Below are positions 27,755 through 32,000 of a DNA stretch of 32,000 nucleotides, piece by piece. The number at the start of each line of letters is the position of its first letter. The stretch's first letter is position 1. The DNA is from Desulfurobacterium sp. TC5-1. GTDB taxonomy: Bacteria; Aquificota; Aquificia; Desulfurobacteriales; Desulfurobacteriaceae. The notes beneath the pieces were generated by a model, which was given only the letters and a program-made list of their open reading frames with translations, was not told the DNA's origin and ran no database searches. The position numbers and the translations under genes were made by a program. Where the stretch lies: the NCBI RefSeq assembly GCF_000421485.1, contig NZ_ATXC01000001.1, positions 891,087 through 923,086 on the forward strand. Direction: 5' to 3'.

Positions 27755-27802
27755 GATACGTTGTTCCATTTCTTTTTGTTTTTGTATATTCTAAATAAAA
27801 AA

Positions 27803-27878
27803 TGGCTCCCCGGGCCGGCCTCGAACCAGCGACCTGGTGGTTAACAGCCACCCGCTCTACCCGCTGAGCTACCGGGGA
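27803..27878 (-). tRNA. tRNA-Asn (anticodon GUU), 76 nt, CCA encoded
   Basis: The minus strand reads UCCCCGG UA GCUC AGCGGGUA GAGC G GGUGG CUGUUAA CCACC AGGUC GCUGG UUCGAGG CCGGC CCGGGGA G CCA. The 7-bp acceptor, D, anticodon and T stems all pair. The anticodon loop is CU-GUU-AA. A 5' U is typical for bacterial tRNA-Asn. Confidence 0.95.
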
Positions 27879-27893
27879 ACCTTGACGGTGAAT

Positions 27894-27922
27894 AATATAG
27901 GCATTTCCTTCTCCGGTGTCAA
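27894..27922 (-). promoter_or_regulatory. Sigma70-type promoter of tRNA-Asn
   Basis: On the minus strand: consensus TTGACA (27922..27917), 17-nt spacer, TATATT (27899..27894). The -10 box ends 15 nt upstream of the mature tRNA 5' end. Confidence 0.65.
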
Positions 27923-27961
27923 TAATCAACACCGACATTTTTACAAATTTTTAGACGAAGA

Positions 27962-27991
27962 CTGTCATACTACTGAAACATTATCTATAAT
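27962..27991 (+). promoter_or_regulatory. Candidate promoter for rpe-prs
   Basis: A perfect TATAAT (27986..27991) lies 46 nt upstream of the rpe ATG. The weak -35 CTGTCA (27962..27967) has an 18-nt spacer. Confidence 0.35.
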
Positions 27992-28037
27992 TCAGGTATC
28001 TGACTCTCTGATGTAGAATAGTTATTGGAGGTTTTAA

Positions 28038-28688
28038 ATGGCTCTACTTGCCCCTTCCATCCTCTCGGCAGATTTTGCAAACCTGGAAAGAGACATTAAA
28101 AAGGCTGTGCAGGCAGGCGCAGACGTCATTCATGTTGATGTGATGGACGGCCGTTTTGTTCCAAACATCACCATAGGCCCCTGCGTTGTAGAATCCATAA
28201 GAAAAGTCACTGATAAGCCCCTTGACGTTCATCTTATGATAGTAGAGCCCGAAAAGTACGTGAAAGCCTTCGCCGATGCCGGCGCTGACTGGATATCTGT
28301 TCACTTTGAAGCTTCGATTCACCTCCATAGAACTGTATCAATGATAAAAGAATTGGATAAAAAAGCAGGCGTTGTTATAAATCCTGCAACTCCGGTGGAA
28401 TTTCTAACAGACATCCTGCCCTTTGTTGATTTTGTTCTCGTAATGTCTGTAAACCCGGGATTTGGCGGTCAAAAGTTCATTCCACAAACACTTGAAAAGG
28501 TTAAAAAGCTAAAAAAGTGGAAAGAGGAAAAAGACTTAAAATTTCTAATAGAGATAGACGGCGGCGTAAAGCTTGATAACGTTTCCGAAATAATCGCCGC
28601 CGGCGTTGAAGTTGCAGTTGCAGGTTCAGCCGTGTTTAAAGGTAATATAGAAGAAAATGTAAAGAAATTTAAACAATTAATCGGATAG
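28038..28688 (+). CDS. rpe: Ribulose-phosphate 3-epimerase
   Basis: HVDVMDGRFVPN and MSVNPGFGGQKF motifs. GGAGGT SD at 28027..28032. Confidence 0.95.
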   Translation: MALLAPSILSADFANLERDIKKAVQAGADVIHVDVMDGRFVPNITIGPCVVESIRKVTDKPLDVHLMIVEPEKYVKAFADAGADWISVHFEASIHLHRTVSMIKELDKKAGVVINPATPVEFLTDILPFVDFVLVMSVNPGFGGQKFIPQTLEKVKKLKKWKEEKDLKFLIEIDGGVKLDNVSEIIAAGVEVAVAGSAVFKGNIEENVKKFKQLIG

Positions 28689-28700
28689 ATGGAGGTATCA

Positions 28701-29654
28701 ATGAATCAGGTAAAACTGATTACAGGAAACGCAAACCCAGAACTTGCAAAAGCCGTTGCAGGACACCTTGGAATTCCTCTTGCCAATGTCACCGTAGGAA
28801 GGTTCAGCGACGGCGAAATTCAGGTTGTACTTAACGAGAGCGTCAGAGACGACGATGTTTTTATCATCCAACCTCTGTGCAGTCCTTCCAATGATTACAT
28901 AATGGAACTACTTCTGCTTGCAGACGCGCTCAAGAGGGCCTCTGCAGGAAGAATAACAGCCGTAATTCCTTATTTTGCTTACGGAAGACAGGATAGAAAA
29001 GTTAATCCAAGAGATCCTATCTCCGCACGTTTACTTGCAGATATTATTAGTGTTGCCGGCGTTAACCACATAGTTGTCGTTGACCTTCACGCAAAGCAGG
29101 TAGAAGGCTTTTTTGACCTGCCTGTTGATCACCTCGAAGCAAGACCGGTTCTTGCAGACTACTTCTTAAGACTTGGCTTTGATGAAGAAGATACGGTTGT
29201 CGTGTCACCTGACATTGGTGGCGTTGCCAGGGCGAGAAACTTTGCAAAGGTATTTAACGCACCGATTGCAATAATAGACAAAAGAAGACCCAAACCAAAC
29301 GTTGCAGAGGTTATGAACATCATAGGTGAAGTTGAAGGAAAGAAGGCAATCATCATCGATGACATCATAGATACTGCCGGAACAATCGTCAACGCCGCAA
29401 AGGCAATAAAAGAAAGGGGCGCTACTGAAGTTTACGCAACATGTACACATCCCGTATTTTCAGGACCTGCCGTTGAAAGGCTGTCAAAAGCTGTTAAAGA
29501 AGGTGTCCTGAAAGAGGTTGTTGTTACAGACACCATTCCTCTTGGCGATAAAGCATTTGAAGGTGCAAAGGTTCTCTCTATATCAGGCATGCTTGCAGAA
29601 GCAATAAGAAGAATTCACTTTGGTGAATCAGTCAGCAAAATGTTCAACTTCTAA
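28701..29654 (+). CDS. prs: Ribose-phosphate pyrophosphokinase (PRPP synthetase)
   Basis: NPELAKAVA, DLHAKQVEGFF and the PRPP-binding loop IIDDIIDTAGT. GGAGGT (28691..28696) lies 4 nt before ATG 28701. The track ATG at 28689 has no SD and overlaps that SD. Confidence 0.93.
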   Translation: MNQVKLITGNANPELAKAVAGHLGIPLANVTVGRFSDGEIQVVLNESVRDDDVFIIQPLCSPSNDYIMELLLLADALKRASAGRITAVIPYFAYGRQDRKVNPRDPISARLLADIISVAGVNHIVVVDLHAKQVEGFFDLPVDHLEARPVLADYFLRLGFDEEDTVVVSPDIGGVARARNFAKVFNAPIAIIDKRRPKPNVAEVMNIIGEVEGKKAIIIDDIIDTAGTIVNAAKAIKERGATEVYATCTHPVFSGPAVERLSKAVKEGVLKEVVVTDTIPLGDKAFEGAKVLSISGMLAEAIRRIHFGESVSKMFNF

Positions 29655-29661
29655 CAAAAAA

Positions 29662-29681
29662 GGCGGGCTTAAAAGCCCGCC
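29662..29681 (-). terminator. Rho-independent terminator of rpiB-glyA (the hairpin also closes convergent prs)
   Basis: GGCGGGC, TTAAAA, GCCCGCC. On the minus strand it is followed directly by TTTTTTG. On the plus strand no U-tract follows. Confidence 0.85.
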
Positions 29682-29704
29682 CTCCACAAATAAAAATCAA
29701 ATTC

Positions 29705-30964
29705 TTACTGATAGAGTGATGCCATTTCAGGGTAGAGCGGGTGCTTCCCGCAAATTTCAATAACTTCTTCTCTAACCTTTGCTATCACAGCATCGTCATT
29801 GATGTTCTTAAGAACAGTTGCAATTAGCTGAGCAATTCTCCTTGCTTCCTGTTCTTTAATACCTCTTGTCGTTACGGCAGGAGTACCTATCCTTATACCA
29901 CTTGTAACAAATGGACTTCTTGTATCAAAAGGAATTGTATTTTTGTTAACCGTAATGTTAGCCTTTCCAAGAGCAGCTTCTGCCTCTTTTCCTGTAATAC
30001 CTTTATCTGTAAGGTCAACAAGCATAAGATGGTTATCTGTTCCGCCGGATACGATTCTGAACCCTTCCTTCTGAAGTTCCTCAGCTATAGCTTTTGCGTT
30101 AAGAACAACCTGTTCCTGATAAGCCTTAAATTCCGGTGTCATCGCTTCTTTGAAAGCAACGGCCTTAGCAGCTATGACGTGCATGAGAGGACCACCCTGA
30201 AGTCCCGGGAACACAGCCTTGTCTATCTCCTTACCAAACTCTGCCTTACACATTGTAACGCCACCGCGGGGTCCTCTGAGTGTCTTGTGTGTTGTCGTTG
30301 TAACGAAGTGGCAGGCTTCCATCGGTGAAGGATGAAGTCCGGTAACGACAAGACCGGCAATGTGAGCTATGTCAGCCATGAGATAAGCACCAACCTCGTC
30401 AGCGATCTCTCTAAATTTATCAAAGTCTATAATTCTCGGATACGCAGAAGCACCGCAGATTATAAGTTTTGGCTTATGTTCTCTTGCAAGCTGGGCAACC
30501 TGGTCAAAGTCTATCGTTTCAGTGTCTTTCCTGACACCGTACTGAACAACCTTAAAGTACTTACCTGTCATGTTTACAGGTGAACCGTGAGAAAGGTGTC
30601 CACCGTGAGAAAGGTTCATTGAGAGAATCGTATCGCCCGGCTTTAGAACGGCAAGGTAAACAGCTTGATTCGCCTGAGAACCGGAATGGGGCTGAACGTT
30701 TACGTGCTCGGCACCGAAAAGTTTTTTACACCTTTCAATTGCAAGCTTCTCAACGATATCTACACATTCACATCCACCGTAGTATCTTTTTCCCGGAAGT
30801 CCTTCAGCATACTTATTTGTAAGAACTGAACCTTGAGCTTCCATAACAGCTTCACTTGTGAAGTTTTCAGAAGCAATGAGCTCAAGATGTTCATTCTGAC
30901 GCCTGTACTCACACTTAAGCGCCTCAAAAACTTCCGGGTCAAACTCTCTAACTTTTCCTCTCAT
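29705..30964 (-). CDS. glyA: Serine hydroxymethyltransferase
   Basis: PLP-lysine motif [14 protein letters not shown], with the overall SHMT sequence recognisable throughout. Confidence 0.97.
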   Translation of the reverse strand: MRGKVREFDPEVFEALKCEYRRQNEHLELIASENFTSEAVMEAQGSVLTNKYAEGLPGKRYYGGCECVDIVEKLAIERCKKLFGAEHVNVQPHSGSQANQAVYLAVLKPGDTILSMNLSHGGHLSHGSPVNMTGKYFKVVQYGVRKDTETIDFDQVAQLAREHKPKLIICGASAYPRIIDFDKFREIADEVGAYLMADIAHIAGLVVTGLHPSPMEACHFVTTTTHKTLRGPRGGVTMCKAEFGKEIDKAVFPGLQGGPLMHVIAAKAVAFKEAMTPEFKAYQEQVVLNAKAIAEELQKEGFRIVSGGTDNHLMLVDLTDKGITGKEAEAALGKANITVNKNTIPFDTRSPFVTSGIRIGTPAVTTRGIKEQEARRIAQLIATVLKNINDDAVIAKVREEVIEICGKHPLYPEMASLYQ

Positions 30965-30981
30965 CTATCTCCTCCTGAAAA

Positions 30982-31443
30982 TTATTTTTCCTGCTCAGAG
31001 ATGAATGTTTTCTCTATCTCTGCTATCTTTCTTATTCGCCTTTCGTGTCTTCCGCCGTCAAACGGTGTTTCAAGCCACGTTTTAACTATTGATTTTGCAA
31101 GTTCATCACCTATAACTCTTCCCCCAAGGGCAAGCACATTTGCATTGTTATGCCTTCTTGACATTTCAGCAGCAAATATGTTGTAGCAAAGCGCCGCTCT
31201 AATTCCGGGAACCTTGTTTGCAGCAATAGAAATACCAATACCCGTACCGCATATAAAGATCCCTCTATCGGTCTCACCATTTATTATACTTTTTGCAGCT
31301 TTTAAGGCATAATCCGGATAATCAACAGAGTCTTCCGAAAACGTGCCAAAGTCAACGTACTCAATACCAAGTTCATCAAGATACCTCTTTATAACTTCCT
31401 TCAACCTGAACCCGCCGTGGTCACTTGCAAGGGCTATCTTCAT
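30982..31443 (-). CDS. rpiB: Ribose-5-phosphate isomerase B
   Basis: [16 protein letters not shown] and the [14 protein letters not shown] motif. The protein is 153 aa and ends 17 nt upstream of glyA. Confidence 0.92.
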   Translation of the reverse strand: MKIALASDHGGFRLKEVIKRYLDELGIEYVDFGTFSEDSVDYPDYALKAAKSIINGETDRGIFICGTGIGISIAANKVPGIRAALCYNIFAAEMSRRHNNANVLALGGRVIGDELAKSIVKTWLETPFDGGRHERRIRKIAEIEKTFISEQEK

Positions 31444-31525
31444 AACGCCTCCGGTAGTAATTTTAAGAGAGGATAAAATTATATAAAATCACAACTGTTG
31501 CAACGAGAAAACTTCCGAGGTGAGT

Positions 31526-32000
31526 ATGAAGAAAAAAGCGGCAGTAATATTAATAGCACCGTTAATTTCCGGTTGTATCACACTGGTGGGGCCAGAGGGC
31601 TCACCAGAAATTAAAGCTCCAATAACTGCTAAAACTATACAGAAACCCACTCTTGCTAAAGGATGCCAGTCCATTTACAGAGTAAACGGGAAAAGCTACT
31701 GCGTACTTAAACACAGTAAAGGCTTTGAACAGATAGGTATAGCCTCGTGGTACGGACCAAACTTTCACGGCAGGAAAACGGCAAGCGGCGAAATCTACAA
31801 CATGTACAAGATGACCGCTGCTCACAAAACACTCCCCCTCGGAACGTACGTTAAGGTAATAAACCTTGAAAACGGAAAAACAGCCATAGTAAAGATAAAT
31901 GATAGAGGACCTTTCGTCCCCGGACGGATAATAGACTTATCTTTCGCAGCCGCTGAAAAGTTAGGCATCTTAGGTAAAGGCACGGCGAAGGTGAAAATAA
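31526..32000 (+). CDS. rlpA: RlpA-family septal ring lytic transglycosylase lipoprotein (3' end beyond the window)
   Basis: Not in the ORF track because it runs off the window end. I translated it by hand: ATG 31526 preceded by GAGGTGA, a signal peptide with lipobox LISGC, then the DPBB domain IASWYGPNFHGRKTASGEIYNMYKMTAAHKTLPLGTYVKVINLENGKTAIVKINDRGPFVPGRIIDLS. No stop occurs through nt 31999. Confidence 0.85.
   Translation, partial: MKKKAAVILIAPLISGCITLVGPEGSPEIKAPITAKTIQKPTLAKGCQSIYRVNGKSYCVLKHSKGFEQIGIASWYGPNFHGRKTASGEIYNMYKMTAAHKTLPLGTYVKVINLENGKTAIVKINDRGPFVPGRIIDLSFAAAEKLGILGKGTAKVKI

Noticed and set aside
27744-27938. 64-aa minus-strand ORF
   Set aside because: It is read straight through the tRNA-Asn gene and its promoter. 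The cloverleaf explains the sequence, so it is not a protein gene.
31489-31825. Two minus-strand ORFs (61 and 74 aa) near the window end
   Set aside because: They are antisense to the hand-translated rlpA gene, which has a lipobox signal peptide and a clear DPBB domain.

Overview
This is a compact, about 90% coding bacterial window that looks like a hyperthermophile of the Aquificota type. That placement is inferred from reverse gyrase occurring together with LpxC, an RlpA lipoprotein and an F-type ATP synthase with two b-type subunits. I can support 30 protein-coding genes, two of them cut by the window edges, and one tRNA-Asn(GTT). I also call several GC-rich terminator hairpins and a few sigma70-like promoters.

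Gene content, left to right:
- metG (3' part)
- A minus-strand cluster of a KamA-family radical SAM gene, a KaiC-like ATPase and an RsmJ-like methyltransferase
- birA and lpxC
- A long, tightly packed minus-strand operon: GGCT-like gene, two uncharacterised proteins, fbp, ppx, ppk, sixA, methyltransferase
- A second long minus-strand unit: rgy, mnmA, atpF2-atpF-atpH-atpA-atpG-atpD-atpC
- A sulfate-activation operon: DASS/TrkA-C permease, cysC, sat
- A 1.4-kb low-density patch next to tRNA-Asn
- rpe-prs, then rpiB-glyA, then the start of rlpA

I saw no CRISPR array, transposase, integrase or recognisable defence gene. Most of the window is ordinary housekeeping.

The candidates for something undescribed are modest:
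- The tRNA-adjacent patch at 26432..27802. It holds two small ORFs with Shine-Dalgarno (SD) sites, one with a phage minor-tail (lambda gpM / DUF2460-like) motif pattern, plus an (AG)5 frame junction and stacked palindromes.
- A translationally coupled pair of Roadblock/LC7-like proteins at the head of the fbp/polyphosphate operon.
- The KamA-like / KaiC-like / RsmJ-like cluster.

All protein calls rest on motifs read by eye from the supplied translations, with no database search. Hand-derived coordinates for non-CDS features may be off by 1-2 nt.
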